Assembly: GCA_963713615.1 (NCBI GenBank) | Contig: CAVQMM010000001.1 | Span: 288,001 to 352,000 of the forward strand | Direction of reading: 5' to 3' | Length of the DNA: 64,000 nt | Origin: an uncultured Chlamydiae bacterium | GTDB taxonomy: Bacteria > Chlamydiota > Chlamydiia > Chlamydiales > JAJFMA01 | Shown: positions 20,405 to 31,600 of the stretch, one piece after another | How positions within the stretch are numbered: position 1 is the first letter of the stretch | Layout of the letters: the number at the start of each line of letters is the position of its first letter | Position numbers and translations under genes: made by a program | The notes under the pieces: generated by a model | What the model saw: only the letters and a program-made list of their open reading frames with translations | Databases searched by the model: none | Told to the model about the DNA's origin: nothing

Positions 20405-20719
20405 TCAGGATGGCTCTTGCTGAAGGACAGGGGGGACACGGATCATACCGCCAACGTGGTCTGGGGCATTGTCTAAAAAGACCTCACGGGACAACGACTT
20501 TCCAATGATGTCTTCACGCATGACGTTGTTCATGCCAGCGATGACATGACTGCAGGGAGGTACACCCTCGGTGTCGATAGCTTGCAACTGCTCGATGTAG
20601 CCGAGGATACCTTGTAGATCGCGTAGCATCGCCTCTTCATCTTCTTCACTGCAATGGATGCGGCAGAGTTGCGACAAGTAGCGGATTGTTTCTTTTGTCA
20701 GTTGTGCCATGGCTGTCAC
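20405..20719 (-). CDS. gatC: Asp/Glu-tRNA amidotransferase subunit C
   Basis: IDTEGVPP...MREDI...NAP...VP; first gene of gatCAB. Confidence 0.95.
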   Translation of the reverse strand: MTAMAQLTKETIRYLSQLCRIHCSEEDEEAMLRDLQGILGYIEQLQAIDTEGVPPCSHVIAGMNNVMREDIIGKSLSREVFLDNAPDHVGGMIRVPPVLQQEPS

Positions 20720-20875
20720 TCAAAAACTGTTAATGGCTATCAGTCTACAGAGATTTCGGATATGTGGCAAGAATTTGGCCGTTGTGTTGGGATCTCGTAA
20801 AGATGACCGGTGCTGGTTGTGATGGGTCACAACCTTGATTTAGAGAGTTCAAATGATTCCAACATCTTATTATCA

Positions 20876-20904
20876 TTGCATAAAAAGATCATTAAGCATA
20901 CAAT
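20876..20904 (+). promoter_or_regulatory. Sigma66/70-type promoter of the CAP-domain gene
   Basis: TTGCAT-17-TACAAT. Confidence 0.55.
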
Positions 20905-20956
20905 CTAGTATAACTTAATTAACATTTGTAAACTATTAACAAGGCTTTTGAGTGTT

Positions 20957-21550
20957 ATGGTTAAATCTACTTTTTTATACTGTTTAATGATTTTAGCCCT
21001 AAGTATGGGCCAAGTCGAAGCGTGTAAACGTTCCCATAAACATCATCATTCGAAACATAAAAAGACGGATATGGAGCAGACGGCGGTGTCAGACAGAAAC
21101 CGCATCCAGTCGATTCGCAATGAATATGAGGATCGCATGGGGACTCAGGTTGACATTTTCCATGGCGAACAAGCGATTGAGCAGTACGTCCATCGTAAGG
21201 TGAATGAATACCGTCAGTCAAAGGGCTTGAGACAGCTGGAGTACATTGATGCCATTGCTGATATTGCAAGGGAGCACAGTGAGAACATGGCGCGTGGAGT
21301 GGTGCCTCATGGCCACGATGGGTTTGATCAGCGCTTTAAGGATATGCAGATTACTGTTCACGCACGGAGTGCGGGTGAAAATGTAGCCTACAACTATGGA
21401 TATGATGATCCTGCACTTGTGGCCGTGAATGGGTGGATCAAAAGTGATGGACATCGAAAGAACATGGAAGGTGACTTCACTCTAACTGGTGTAGGCGTTG
21501 TGGTAAGTGAGGACGGAAGCTACTATTTTACGCACCTATTTGCCAAGTAG
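20957..21550 (+). CDS. CAP/SCP domain secreted protein
   Basis: Signal peptide; VNEYR..GL, AREHSENM, GENVA, GWIKSDGHRKNM, GVGV. Confidence 0.92.
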   Translation: MVKSTFLYCLMILALSMGQVEACKRSHKHHHSKHKKTDMEQTAVSDRNRIQSIRNEYEDRMGTQVDIFHGEQAIEQYVHRKVNEYRQSKGLRQLEYIDAIADIAREHSENMARGVVPHGHDGFDQRFKDMQITVHARSAGENVAYNYGYDDPALVAVNGWIKSDGHRKNMEGDFTLTGVGVVVSEDGSYYFTHLFAK

Positions 21551-21694
21551 GCGCTACATTCACCTGTTATCCTAAAAAGCCTCTCACTGACATTCTTCAC
21601 GGGTACCCTAGCATCTGTGTGGATTTAAGAAACAATTGAGTCTGGTGGCTTTAGAGGATTTGCGTATCCAAAAAATGTGCAAAGTCCAGTATAT

Positions 21695-22446
21695 GAGGTA
21701 ATTGCAGAAGTCCGATTTTTCGAAGTCAATTTCCTGAAAATCGGATGCCGGTGAAGAGAGAGCCATTCCCTTCCCAGGCCCGAAGGGTCGATATTGCAAC
21801 AGGCCATGGCATCGCCATGGTATATGCCAAAACGTGTTTCGCAGTCTGAAGGACTGCCATAAGACGTCAGTATTCACACGCTATTTATACAAGCGCCTTA
21901 TGGCAGCCCTACAGGCTGCGAAATCCCTTCCTGGCATATACCATGGCGATGCCACATAGGCCTCAACCTAAGCCTAACAATCGTATCTCGGCGCGCAGCG
22001 CTTTGGAGTGCGGTCGCTTGCGACCGCTTTGGGTTCCTTGCGACGGTCGTGTGCAACGGCATTACTATAATTCCCTAAGGGTAAAATAGTTAGTACATGC
22101 AGCCTTCGACGAATCCATACAATGCCGTTTAGCATTGCCGTCCCAAGGAACGAAAAGCGGTCGCAAGCGACCGCACTCCAAAGCGCTGCGCGCCGAGATA
22201 CGATTGTGAAGTCCTAAGTCATTGAGATATAAGCTCAAAAGACCTGTTAGGTTGAGGCCTATGTGGCGATGCCATGGCCTGTTGCAATATCGACCCTTCG
22301 GGCCTGGGAAGGGATAAAAGCCTGTCTCTCCAGACTAGATAGTGCCATGCCATTTGAGCTTTCCAGAATCGCCTTCTCGCAAAAAAAGGTTACCTTTTTT
22401 CCTAAGAATCGATCCTTAAGGGCTCAAATAATTTTGCAATTACCTC
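21695..22446 (+). mobile_element. Family D composite MITE carrying a nested H element
   Basis: TIR GAGGTAATTGCA/TGCAATTACCTC; internal IR arms CCCAGGCCCGAAGGGTCGATATTGCAAC. Confidence 0.92.
21955..22263 (+). mobile_element. Family H MITE (309 bp), 11-bp TSD
   Basis: 17-bp TIR CATAGGCCTCAACCTAA; TSD TGGCGATGCCA at 21944-21954 and 22264-22274. Confidence 0.95.
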
Positions 22447-22588
22447 TCATGGACGATTATGCTAAGTCCTACAAAACCGGATGAGCCCAAAATGCTCAAT
22501 CTTTACAATGTTAAAAAATTAAAAGGATGAAGATTAGGTTTATAAATAAAAACTGCTGATAAACGATTTATGTTTCCACAAACTGAAA

Positions 22589-23881
22589 CTACTTTTCTGA
22601 GTTCATGTCAGTGGATCGCATTAAGAGCCACTGATAGATGGCCACCACTTCTATTTCGGGGAGCTCTGGATTAGCAGGCTCTTCCTCTTGAGTGAGGATC
22701 AGCCCGCGCTCAACACGAAGTTCTTTCATGGCCTTAAGTAAGGCTTTATACTCCCGCTCTCGAGTCTTTGGTTCTTTTAAACTCTCGCTTACTTGAATTA
22801 GAAGTACAATTTCAGTGCCCTTACGAACAAGAAAATCCACTTCTAAGTTATCTTCTGTTTTATAGTAAAAGACTTCTTTAAATCTTCTTCTCAGTTCGAG
22901 ATAGACAATGTTTTCAAGGTACCGTCCTTGCTTTTTAGAAAAATGGAATGCAATTTGTTTCGCCAGCCCAGTGTCAATGGCATATACTTTCTTTTGCAGT
23001 TGGGTCTGTTGTGAAACAGAGAATGAAAATCGATCCAACGTAAAAATTAAATAGGCATTTTCTAAGTAATGGATGTAATTTTTGACGGTGTTAACACTTC
23101 CGAGGTTTAAGTTGTTTTTCATTTTTGTGTACGATAGAGGGGCTCCGAGGTTGCTTAATAGGTCAAGAGTGAGCTCACGAATTGCTTTAACCTCTTTTAC
23201 TTCGTAGCGAACGATGACATCTTTGTAGAGAATGTTTTCATAAACATTTTGAAGGACTAAAGGATTTTTGTGTTCTAAGTATTCTGGCATGCCACCATTT
23301 TCTAAAAAATCATTAAAAAATCTTTTTAAGATTGCCTTTTCCTGGGTTATCACGAAGCTTTTTTCGTTATAGGAGACTTGGTGATAGTGGAGATATTCTC
23401 TAAAGGAGAATGGAAGGAGTTCAACGACAATGTGCCGCCCAGTTAGGTGAGAGCTTAGTTCTGAGCTTAGCAAAGAGGCATTGGATCCTGTGATGAAGAC
23501 TTTATTTTTTTCTCGATGTATTCGGCGTACGAAGAGTTCCCAATCTTCAATATTTTGAATCTCATCAAAGAAAAAGACATACTTTAATCCATAAAGTTCG
23601 ATTAATATTTCATATAAAGAATTGAAATCCTGGGTTGTAAATTTGACAAAACGCTCATCTTCAAAGTCAACAAAATAAAACTCGTCTTCATAATGCTTCT
23701 TGAGAATTTGCCGCATCAGAGTGGATTTTCCACATCGGCGCACCCCAGAGATAATGATGGCATGAGAAAGGGGTATAAGAGAATCAATGAGCGTCAATTG
23801 CTCTCGCTCAATGCCGGTAGAGTCGATCTTCCTCGCACCTTCTTGTTCCAAAATGACTTGTTTGATGACGTCTTTATCCAT
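22589..23881 (-). CDS. AAA+ ATPase (AAA_14 plus DUF4143-type)
   Basis: GVRRCGKST, FFDEIQ, ITGSNASLL, GGMPE, KVYAIDTGL, EVDF. Confidence 0.93.
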   Translation of the reverse strand: MDKDVIKQVILEQEGARKIDSTGIEREQLTLIDSLIPLSHAIIISGVRRCGKSTLMRQILKKHYEDEFYFVDFEDERFVKFTTQDFNSLYEILIELYGLKYVFFFDEIQNIEDWELFVRRIHREKNKVFITGSNASLLSSELSSHLTGRHIVVELLPFSFREYLHYHQVSYNEKSFVITQEKAILKRFFNDFLENGGMPEYLEHKNPLVLQNVYENILYKDVIVRYEVKEVKAIRELTLDLLSNLGAPLSYTKMKNNLNLGSVNTVKNYIHYLENAYLIFTLDRFSFSVSQQTQLQKKVYAIDTGLAKQIAFHFSKKQGRYLENIVYLELRRRFKEVFYYKTEDNLEVDFLVRKGTEIVLLIQVSESLKEPKTREREYKALLKAMKELRVERGLILTQEEEPANPELPEIEVVAIYQWLLMRSTDMNSEK

Positions 23882-23973
23882 GAATCCCCTTTTCTTCAAT
23901 GATAGGTGTCTTAGGAAAATCTGTCAATTGCAGTGATAGATTGGGGGCTTGAGCTTAGTCCTTGTGATTTGAA

Positions 23974-24131
23974 GCAAACGGCAAAAAACATGATAGATGG
24001 GATACGCTTGATATGCATGATGAAGGAAAAGAGTACCCACATATCATGCATATCCTTATGAACCATGTTTTTTTGTTTGCAGCCAAATTTTGGTAACCGT
24101 TCACGGGCTCGGATACCTATCCCGTGAACGG
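23974..24131. repeat. Two adjacent intergenic hairpins
   Basis: Imperfect IR GCAAAC..AAAAAACATG / CATGTTTTTTTGTTTGC (23974-24080); perfect 11-bp IR CCGTTCACGGG/CCCGTGAACGG (24097-24131). Confidence 0.7.
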
Positions 24132-24158
24132 GAGAAACGCTGCGGCGTTATTAGAGAA

Positions 24159-24602
24159 CTATCTGAGATCTTCCCAGCGTATACATTTGACTAAATGGTC
24201 GAAATGGCGAGTATTTTGAGTAATGACGATGGCATTTTCTACAAGCGCCTGGGCAGCTAAAATACAGTCAGCGTCCATAGAGTTATCACCCGCCGTAGGA
24301 CGTCCCATTTGTCGCGCTTTGACCCACAGGTCGGCAGCTTTATTCCAGTGTTCTGTAGTAATGATGAGCAACTCCATAGTCGACACTAATTTATTTAATC
24401 GCTGAAGACCGGTGGTTGCTTGTTTATACAATAGGCCTCTACGTACTTCATAATCGACTAGCTGGGACAGCAAGAGTCGTGGAGCCACTCTATCAAAGTG
24501 GATCACTAGCTTCTTAGCGAGCTCTTGGTTATTCTTGTGTGATGGAGCGCACAATGCCGAAACGATATTAGTATCGAGTAAATAAGAGCGATTGTCAGGC
24601 AT
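24159..24602 (-). CDS. PIN-domain (VapC-like) ribonuclease toxin
   Basis: YLLDTNIV, YEVRRG, DADCILAAQA, ITQNTRHF. Confidence 0.92.
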   Translation of the reverse strand: MPDNRSYLLDTNIVSALCAPSHKNNQELAKKLVIHFDRVAPRLLLSQLVDYEVRRGLLYKQATTGLQRLNKLVSTMELLIITTEHWNKAADLWVKARQMGRPTAGDNSMDADCILAAQALVENAIVITQNTRHFDHLVKCIRWEDLR

Positions 24603-24852
24603 CTCTAAATTTCACTCGATGTTGTTTGATCTCTTTGTCAACCTCTGGCCAAACATGATAATCAAAATCGTCAGACTCTTCCAGCCAACTTCGAATAAGG
24701 GTGCTTACGGGTGAACCAGGAGATGGAGGCAAGTCAGTAATCGGCTGGTAGTGCCTATCAAAGAGCACGCTCATTTCACATCCAATATTCGATGCGTCAC
24801 GGTAGCTAAGACTAATAGGCTCTATCAGATCATTATAGTCCGGTGCAGCCAT
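24595..24852 (-). CDS. Small acidic protein, putative antitoxin
   Basis: 85 aa, overlaps the PIN start by 8 nt; AGGAG RBS. Confidence 0.65.
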   Translation of the reverse strand: MAAPDYNDLIEPISLSYRDASNIGCEMSVLFDRHYQPITDLPPSPGSPVSTLIRSWLEESDDFDYHVWPEVDKEIKQHRVKFRDA

Positions 24853-24866
24853 AGAATGATCTCCTG

Positions 24867-25631
24867 TTACTTTTGGTTCAAGAATTCCGTATACTTGTCA
24901 GTACGAGCATTATCGAACTCTCGACGTACCATATTATGTAAATCTTCCAGCTCAGATTTTAATGAATCCCAGTGTGCGGGTGTCTTTTCCATGCAAACGG
25001 CATCAATGTCTAAGATAATAGGTCGAATTTCGTTCGTGGATCGCTCTTCGGCGACAGAAAGAATGAGAGTTCTATCTCCTTTTTCCATTATTTCGGAACG
25101 GAAAAAATACCCCTCAGATTGCTTTAATAGTCTACTTGGAAACATATCCGTACTTTTCAACCACTCGCCTATTTGCTCTTGAGAGCTGCTACGAGGAATA
25201 CGGTTGATGTATCGTAAACCAATACGCTCAATATTACACCCCTCTATAATTTCACAAAGGGCAGTCCAAGCCTCTTGAATATGACTTAAAAAATGTGTCC
25301 AGCTTTGATATCGGCTGACTTCATTTATTGTTAGACACCATGGGCTTAATTGAAAAAGAAATTTGTTGTCGTGATGTCGATACAGCATGTGATTAATGGG
25401 ATATGTTTCGGTGGTGGCTGTGAGAGAACCTGGGCTGTTGACGAGTCTAAAAGTGGAAGCTAACTTGGGCTCCATTTCGAACATGTCACCTAATTTTTTA
25501 AGGAATTTGCCAAACCAAATGCCATCCCAGCCAGTTTCCTTTGCGGGGGGAGAAAAACGAATTTCGCAAATAGCTTCTACAATAGTGGGGTTAGGAAAGA
25601 CTTGTGAAGGTAGCTTTTTAGGTTTTGTCAT
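24867..25631 (-). CDS. TIGR04255-like protein
   Basis: NPTIVEAICEIRF, Y.SW..F, IERIGLRYINRI, ILDID motifs. Confidence 0.85.
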   Translation of the reverse strand: MTKPKKLPSQVFPNPTIVEAICEIRFSPPAKETGWDGIWFGKFLKKLGDMFEMEPKLASTFRLVNSPGSLTATTETYPINHMLYRHHDNKFLFQLSPWCLTINEVSRYQSWTHFLSHIQEAWTALCEIIEGCNIERIGLRYINRIPRSSSQEQIGEWLKSTDMFPSRLLKQSEGYFFRSEIMEKGDRTLILSVAEERSTNEIRPIILDIDAVCMEKTPAHWDSLKSELEDLHNMVRREFDNARTDKYTEFLNQK

Positions 25632-25735
25632 AATATTTCACGGGTATATTGACGTGAGAAGTGGCTCAGACAAAAGATACTCTATAGCCCTCATTTTACC
25701 AAATCTTATAATATATATGTACCGATTCGCACCGG

Positions 25736-26836
25736 CTAAAGATGCTCTAAAATTTTAGACAGAACTGCATCGCTATCCTGTAAGTTTCCTGTAAACCTGA
25801 TATCAGGGACATAAGGGACGTTATGTCCACGAGGGCGATTTCTAATGGCCTTTATAGGAATAGACAATTTGCCTTTTCCGCTGGGAAGAACAACAACCCT
25901 TGCTTCCATATAAACGCTATCAGCTCCCGTTGTCTCACCCAATAGAAGCGTCTCATGTCCCATGGCCTTTATAGCATCGATGAAGTCTAGGGCAGCGCTA
26001 AAACAATGATGATCGATGATGACAAAGATCTTAGCCTTAACAGGGTTCAGTACCCTCTCCGATGGTACTGCGCTATCCCTTCTTAAGTCGGATTCTACGT
26101 AATAGTGCTCACCGCGCTCAAAAGCAATCTGCATACCTTTAGCAATTTTTTCCGCCCAAGCAACGGCATCGCTTTCTTCACCAAACTGCTCTACTAAAAT
26201 TTCCTTAAAGCCATTGACATGATTAACATTATCCTGGCTTATACGCCATTCAGTGGTCATGTTTGGTTGATTATCCCATTGCTGTTTGGCGAATGTTTCT
26301 CCAAAAAAAGCTTGAAGAAGCCTTTTTCCCCATTCGCTATTTCCTCCACCATTTCCCTTGAGATCGAAAATCAGAGCTCGATCGTGACGGTATTGAGCAA
26401 TTGTATGAATGATATGGTTTAGGCAATGGGCCTGAATTTCATCAGGAGCCAAGGTTGGGAGTGTAATCCAATGAACGCCTTCTATAGGTTCTGTGATTCC
26501 AAATGAATTGAGACTGCTGGTCACCGAAGAGCCCTCCCTGGTTTCGAAGTAACGAGCTTTCAAATGGACATCTTGAAAACTCTTTACAAAATTCTCAACT
26601 ACATTAGCGCGGTCATCATCACCAGAGCAGTAGCAAAGCTTCTGCAAAGCACTATGCATTCCATCTTCTATTTGCTTACAAAAATCAGGATTTAGTGGGT
26701 CGTACACCCCGGGATGACTTTCAAACAGTATTTTAGCAATAAATTCAAGATCAGCAATATACGAATTATTTTTGAATTCAAATGATACCGATTGAGCAGA
26801 ATGAATATTTAGAAGGGAAGTAGGTAAAGTATTCAT
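25736..26836 (-). CDS. S41-family peptidase-like protein
   Basis: LIFDLKGNGGGNS, CFSAALDF, GETTGAD; promoter TTGCAA-17-CATAAT just upstream of MNTLP. Confidence 0.85.
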   Translation of the reverse strand: MNTLPTSLLNIHSAQSVSFEFKNNSYIADLEFIAKILFESHPGVYDPLNPDFCKQIEDGMHSALQKLCYCSGDDDRANVVENFVKSFQDVHLKARYFETREGSSVTSSLNSFGITEPIEGVHWITLPTLAPDEIQAHCLNHIIHTIAQYRHDRALIFDLKGNGGGNSEWGKRLLQAFFGETFAKQQWDNQPNMTTEWRISQDNVNHVNGFKEILVEQFGEESDAVAWAEKIAKGMQIAFERGEHYYVESDLRRDSAVPSERVLNPVKAKIFVIIDHHCFSAALDFIDAIKAMGHETLLLGETTGADSVYMEARVVVLPSGKGKLSIPIKAIRNRPRGHNVPYVPDIRFTGNLQDSDAVLSKILEHL

Positions 26837-26954
26837 AAGCGGGCCATTATGTCTCAAGTGCTTAATTTTTGCAAGATTGTGAAAAATCAAATGGCAAAGA
26901 TGAGCTTTATAAACAAAGACTATTCATAAAAGATTTATATTCAGCAAACAGAAG

Positions 26955-27116
26955 CTACTCTTCTGAGATCATGTTGGTGGATCGCATCAAGAGCCACTGA
27001 TAGATGGGCACAATTTTTATTTGGGGGGAACTCTGGACTAGCAGGCTCTTCTTCTTGAGTGAGGATCAGTCCTTGTTCAACACGAAGTTCTTTCATGGCC
27101 TTAAGTAAGGCTTTAT
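26955..27116 (-). pseudogene. 3' remnant of a paralog of the AAA ATPase at 22589
   Basis: Diverged direct copy of 22589-22749 with one extra base; 5' part absent. Confidence 0.85.
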
Positions 27117-27237
27117 GAGGATATGGACGAATCCAGAATAAAAAACAAAAAAAAATCTTTTTTTTCTTTTTATTTTCAGAAAACTATTGATAGACGATTT
27201 GTGTTTCAACAAATAGGCGCTGCGGTATTATTATGTA

Positions 27238-28689
27238 ATGCTGGCATACCTGATTATAAAGGAATTTTTCTTAGACGTGGCTTTTGGCACTTTGATGCCA
27301 TTGGAGCGCCCCCATGCAGTTGCTATAGTGTTCGAAGAGGACTCTATGGTCGTTGCATCATGCGGTGCTGCGGCTAGAAAGGCAGGTGTCCGACCAGGGA
27401 TGCCAGAGCCTGAAGCGCGCGCACTTTTCCCAAAGGGGAGCTTTGCTGTTGTCGATAGAGTCGTTGCTGAAGAGGCTTTTGCTAAGGTCCTCAACCTACT
27501 GGAATCCTTCTCCCCTACATTTCAAGCTTTGGGGATCGGCAGTGCCTTGCTAGACTTGGGAGTGATCCCTGATCTAGAACGTGTGCAGCAGGAGGCTAAG
27601 GGGCTTATCACTGGTCTAGAACGCAAAAGCGGTCATGTGGCTAGCTTAGGGCTGGCCGAGGGGCGCTTTGCCGCTAATGTAGCGGCGCGTCTGGCGGGTC
27701 CTGGTCAGGCGATAATTGTTCCAGCAGGTGATGAAGCCATCTTTTTGCAGGGACAGCCTGTGGCTTGTTTGCCTGTGAATCACGAAATTCTTCGTCGACT
27801 CGACCTTCTGGGCATTGAAACGATCGGAGATCTGGCGAAGCTTCCCGAAGATGATCTCGTCAATCTGTTTGGTGACGAAGGATGCCTAATGGCAGCTTTG
27901 GCTCGTGGTCAAGATGAGACTCTTGTGGCTGCTGAGCGCTTGATTGAAGCTCTTAGTGGCAATATCGACTTTGATTTTCCCTTAGAAGGCGGCGAGCTTA
28001 TCCTGGGAGAGGTAGTGCAGATTCTCGAGGGATTATGTGATCGACTGCGTGAAAAGCACCAGATGGCCACGCGCATCCGTGTCACAATAGGTGTGATGGG
28101 GCATGAGAAAGTATCCATAAGCTTGCACCTGGCTTCACCGAGTCATGATGCTGCACGAATTATCCAGCCTTTACGCGATCGCTTGGCCTCACTGTCTTTG
28201 CCTGGGCCTATTGCTACTTTGGAAGTGGCTTTGGAAGGATTTGTCGATTCCCATGCACGTCAGCTGACATTGGCGTCGCTGCTGCCCAAAGCTGAGCGGT
28301 GGCGCAATATTCAGCGCATTGTGGAACGCCTCTCCGTTCGAACGGAGAAGGCTACCCTGATGCAGGTTGTTTGGGATGACCTCAAATCGCGCATACCAGA
28401 GTGGCGTGGGCACCTTCAGGATATGATTAGAGAGACACAACGTCGTGGTCTATACCTTCCCAGGCCAGTCAATGTTGCCGCTGATCCCAGTGGAGCTCCT
28501 CGCTTAGTACGCACAGGTAGGGGGTGGGAGCCTGTAGAAACGATCGTGGAGGCATGGGAAGTGGATGAGGATTGGTGGACTCCACGGCCTATTGCACGCA
28601 GCTATTATCGCGTGCTTTTGCGCAATGGTGCTGTGATGCGTCTTTTCCGCGATCAGCGTCGAGGCTCCTGGTACCACCAAAATCGGTGA
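27238..28689 (+). CDS. imuB: ImuB-like Y-family polymerase homolog
   Basis: AARKAGVRPGM, SP..Q.LG..SALLD, L.LLGI.TIGDLA.L; C-terminal WEVDEDWW...RSYYRV module; upstream of dnaE2. Confidence 0.85.
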   Translation: MLAYLIIKEFFLDVAFGTLMPLERPHAVAIVFEEDSMVVASCGAAARKAGVRPGMPEPEARALFPKGSFAVVDRVVAEEAFAKVLNLLESFSPTFQALGIGSALLDLGVIPDLERVQQEAKGLITGLERKSGHVASLGLAEGRFAANVAARLAGPGQAIIVPAGDEAIFLQGQPVACLPVNHEILRRLDLLGIETIGDLAKLPEDDLVNLFGDEGCLMAALARGQDETLVAAERLIEALSGNIDFDFPLEGGELILGEVVQILEGLCDRLREKHQMATRIRVTIGVMGHEKVSISLHLASPSHDAARIIQPLRDRLASLSLPGPIATLEVALEGFVDSHARQLTLASLLPKAERWRNIQRIVERLSVRTEKATLMQVVWDDLKSRIPEWRGHLQDMIRETQRRGLYLPRPVNVAADPSGAPRLVRTGRGWEPVETIVEAWEVDEDWWTPRPIARSYYRVLLRNGAVMRLFRDQRRGSWYHQNR

Positions 28690-28695
28690 GCAGTA

Positions 28696-31600
28696 ATGAA
28701 TGACAGCTCCACATTTGTAGAACTTTGCTGTAGAAGTTACTTTTCGTTTTTAGAAGGGGCTTCATCGCCGGATGCACTGGCACATCAGGCTGCAGAACTC
28801 GGTTTGAAGGCATTGGCTTTGACAGATCGCAATGGTCTCTATGGAGCCTACACATTTTATCGCGCTTGCCGCTCTGTGGGCATTAAGCCGATTATTGGTG
28901 CTCAGCTAACTTTGGAGGGTGGCGATGAAATTATCGTTCTCTGTACCGATGCTAGCGGTTATACCAAGTTATCCCTACTACTCACGGATGCTCATCGCGG
29001 AAGAAGCAAGGGCGATCCTTTAGTAACGTGGCAGCATCTGCAGCGCTTAGCTGGCGGAGGCCTCATTTGCTTGGCTGGCGGTAAGATGGGCAAAACCGAT
29101 GCTCAAAGTCTCCTGCGGTATAAAGAGTTATTTGGCGACGGCAACTTATATGTAGCTTTAACGCATCATCACGATGCTGGTGACAAGGTTCTTTGCAAAA
29201 AGACTGCTAAAATCGCTCAGGAGCTGGGTCTTCCTCTTGTGGTTACTAATGCTGTCTGCTACAGCAAAAAGCCTGAAGGGCACCTGCATGATGTTCTGCT
29301 GTGCATTAAGAACCACGTGACTCTAAGCAATTCACATCATCATCGTCCTGGCAATCACCAGCGCTATTTGAAGTCTCCAAAGGTGATGTGTCGTCTATTT
29401 CATGATTATCCCGAGGCTCTCCAGAATACGTTGGCTATTGCTAACCGTTGCAATATTTCGTTGGATTTCTCATCGTATCGCGTGCCTGATTTTCCAGTAC
29501 CTCCGAAACACACCATAGATAGCTACCTGGCAGAGCTCTGTTGGCAGCGGGTTGCCTCGCGATATAATCCTATCACCGATGTTGTAAAGGCTAAGGTAAA
29601 CGAAGAACTGGCCCTCATAGCCTCCTTGAAGCTTTCAGGATACTTCCTCGTCGTATGGGACATCGTGGAATATGCTAGGTCGCTCGGAGTGCCCGTTCAG
29701 GGGCGTGGATCAGCAGCTAACTCCATTGTCAGCTATGTTTTGGGAATCACCCCGGTCGATCCGGTTGCTCACAAACTCTTCTTGGGACGCTTTATTCATG
29801 AGGGGATGACAGAGGCTCCAGATATCGACCTAGACTTCGCAGCGACCCGCCAAGAAGGTGTCTCCAACCGCGAGGATATCATCCAATATGTCTACCGCAA
29901 ATATGGGGAAGACCATGTAGCGATGGTATGCACCTACATCACGTTTCAGGCTCGCAGTGCCATTCGGGAGGTGGGGAAGGTGTTAGAGCTACCTGAGCAT
30001 ATCCTCGATCAGATGGCTCGGCTGATCAGTCGCTATGGCATGAAGGACGTCTTTGCTGAGTTGGAACGTACTCCTGAGGTTGTGGCTGACCTTAAGGCGG
30101 AGTCTTGGCAGGTTTTCAAGGAACTGGTGATCGCTATAGCAGACATTCCGCGACACATCTCGATTCATGTGGGGGGCATGGTGATAGCCTCGCGGCCCAT
30201 TGCTGAACTGGTGCCCCTGGAGCCTGCGCGAATGGAGGGCAGGGTTGTCTGCCAGTGGGACAAAGACATGGTTGGTGATGCTGGCCTCATCAAGGTGGAC
30301 ATCCTAGGGCTGGGGATGTTGGCAGTATTACGAGAGGCGCAGTGGTTGATAGAAGAAGGGTATGGAGAGGAGATCGACTTAGCAGCTTTACCGCTCGATG
30401 ATCCTGCGATTTATGCAAACATCTCCCGAGCGGATACGGTAGGAGTATTTCAGGTGGAATCGAGAGCCCAGATGCAAAGTTTGCCACGCGTGCGGCCGAG
30501 GAATTTCGATGAGTTGGGAGTTCAGATTGCGTTGATTAGGCCGGGGCCATTGCAGGGAAACATGGTTTCTCCCTATATCAAGCGTAAGCAGGGCGAAGAG
30601 GCTGTGTTGTACATACATCCTTCTTTAAAACCTGTTTTGGAGGATACCCTTGGGGTCATTCTCTTTCAGGAACAGGTGCTCATGGTAGCCGTAGCGGTAG
30701 CGGGTTTTAGCGCCTCACAGGCAGCGGATTTGCGGCGGGCGATGAGTCGCAAGCGTTCTCAGGAGGCGATGCAGAGGTTGAAAAATGCCTTTTTGGAAGG
30801 AGCACAGCGCAATCGCATTGAAAAAACACAAGCGGAGATGGTCTTCCATGCCCTGGAAGGCTTTGCATTGTATGGTTTCTGTAAGTCTCACGCGCTCTCC
30901 TTTGCCAAAATCACCTATGTATCGGCTTGGCTGAAGCACTACCATCCTGCAGCCTTCTTGGCGGCTTTGCTTAACAATCAGCCTATGGGCTTCTATCCTT
31001 GTAAGACGCTGATCGACGATGCTAAACGTCATGGAGTTGTTGTTCATCCGGTCGACATCAATGCTAGCCAGAGACGTTGTCATGTTCTCGATCCTCAGCA
31101 GGTTCAGTTGGGCTTTGTCATGGTGAAAAATACCGATGGTAACGCCATTGTGGAGGCTCGTGAACGAGGAGGGCCTTTTGCTTCTCTACGCGACTTTGTT
31201 CAAAGAACACATGTGCGGCGTCAGGTGATCGAGTATCTCATTCAGGCCGGAGCTTTCGACAGCATGGGACTAGATAACCGTGAGCTTCTATGGCAGCTAT
31301 GGTTAATTCAGCGTACGGAGGATCTTTTTAGCGGGCAAGAGATAGTGCCTCCAGCCTTGCCACCTTCAGGGGAGTGGGATCTCATCCGCGGGGAATATCA
31401 GGCTCAAGGATTTTCCGCTAACAGGCATCCGGCGGCTTTGTTGCGCGGTCAGCTTAGTCGTCAGGGGGTGGTCACTTCAGATGCTCTTGTTGATCTCGAC
31501 GAAAAGGCTAAGGTCAGCGTTGCTGGGGTTGTCGTGTGTCGTCAGCGCCCTCCTACAGCCAAGGGCTTTGCGTTTCTTACCCTTGAGGATGAGTGTGGCA

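Noticed and set aside
26955..27116. ATPase 3' duplicate as attL/attR of an integrated element
   Set aside because: The remnant lies upstream of the intact gene, the wrong side for a displaced 3' end, and the block has no integrase
27117..27237. LexA box upstream of imuB
   Set aside because: Only a weak TTTGTG..AACAAA dyad; no convincing match to a LexA motif I know
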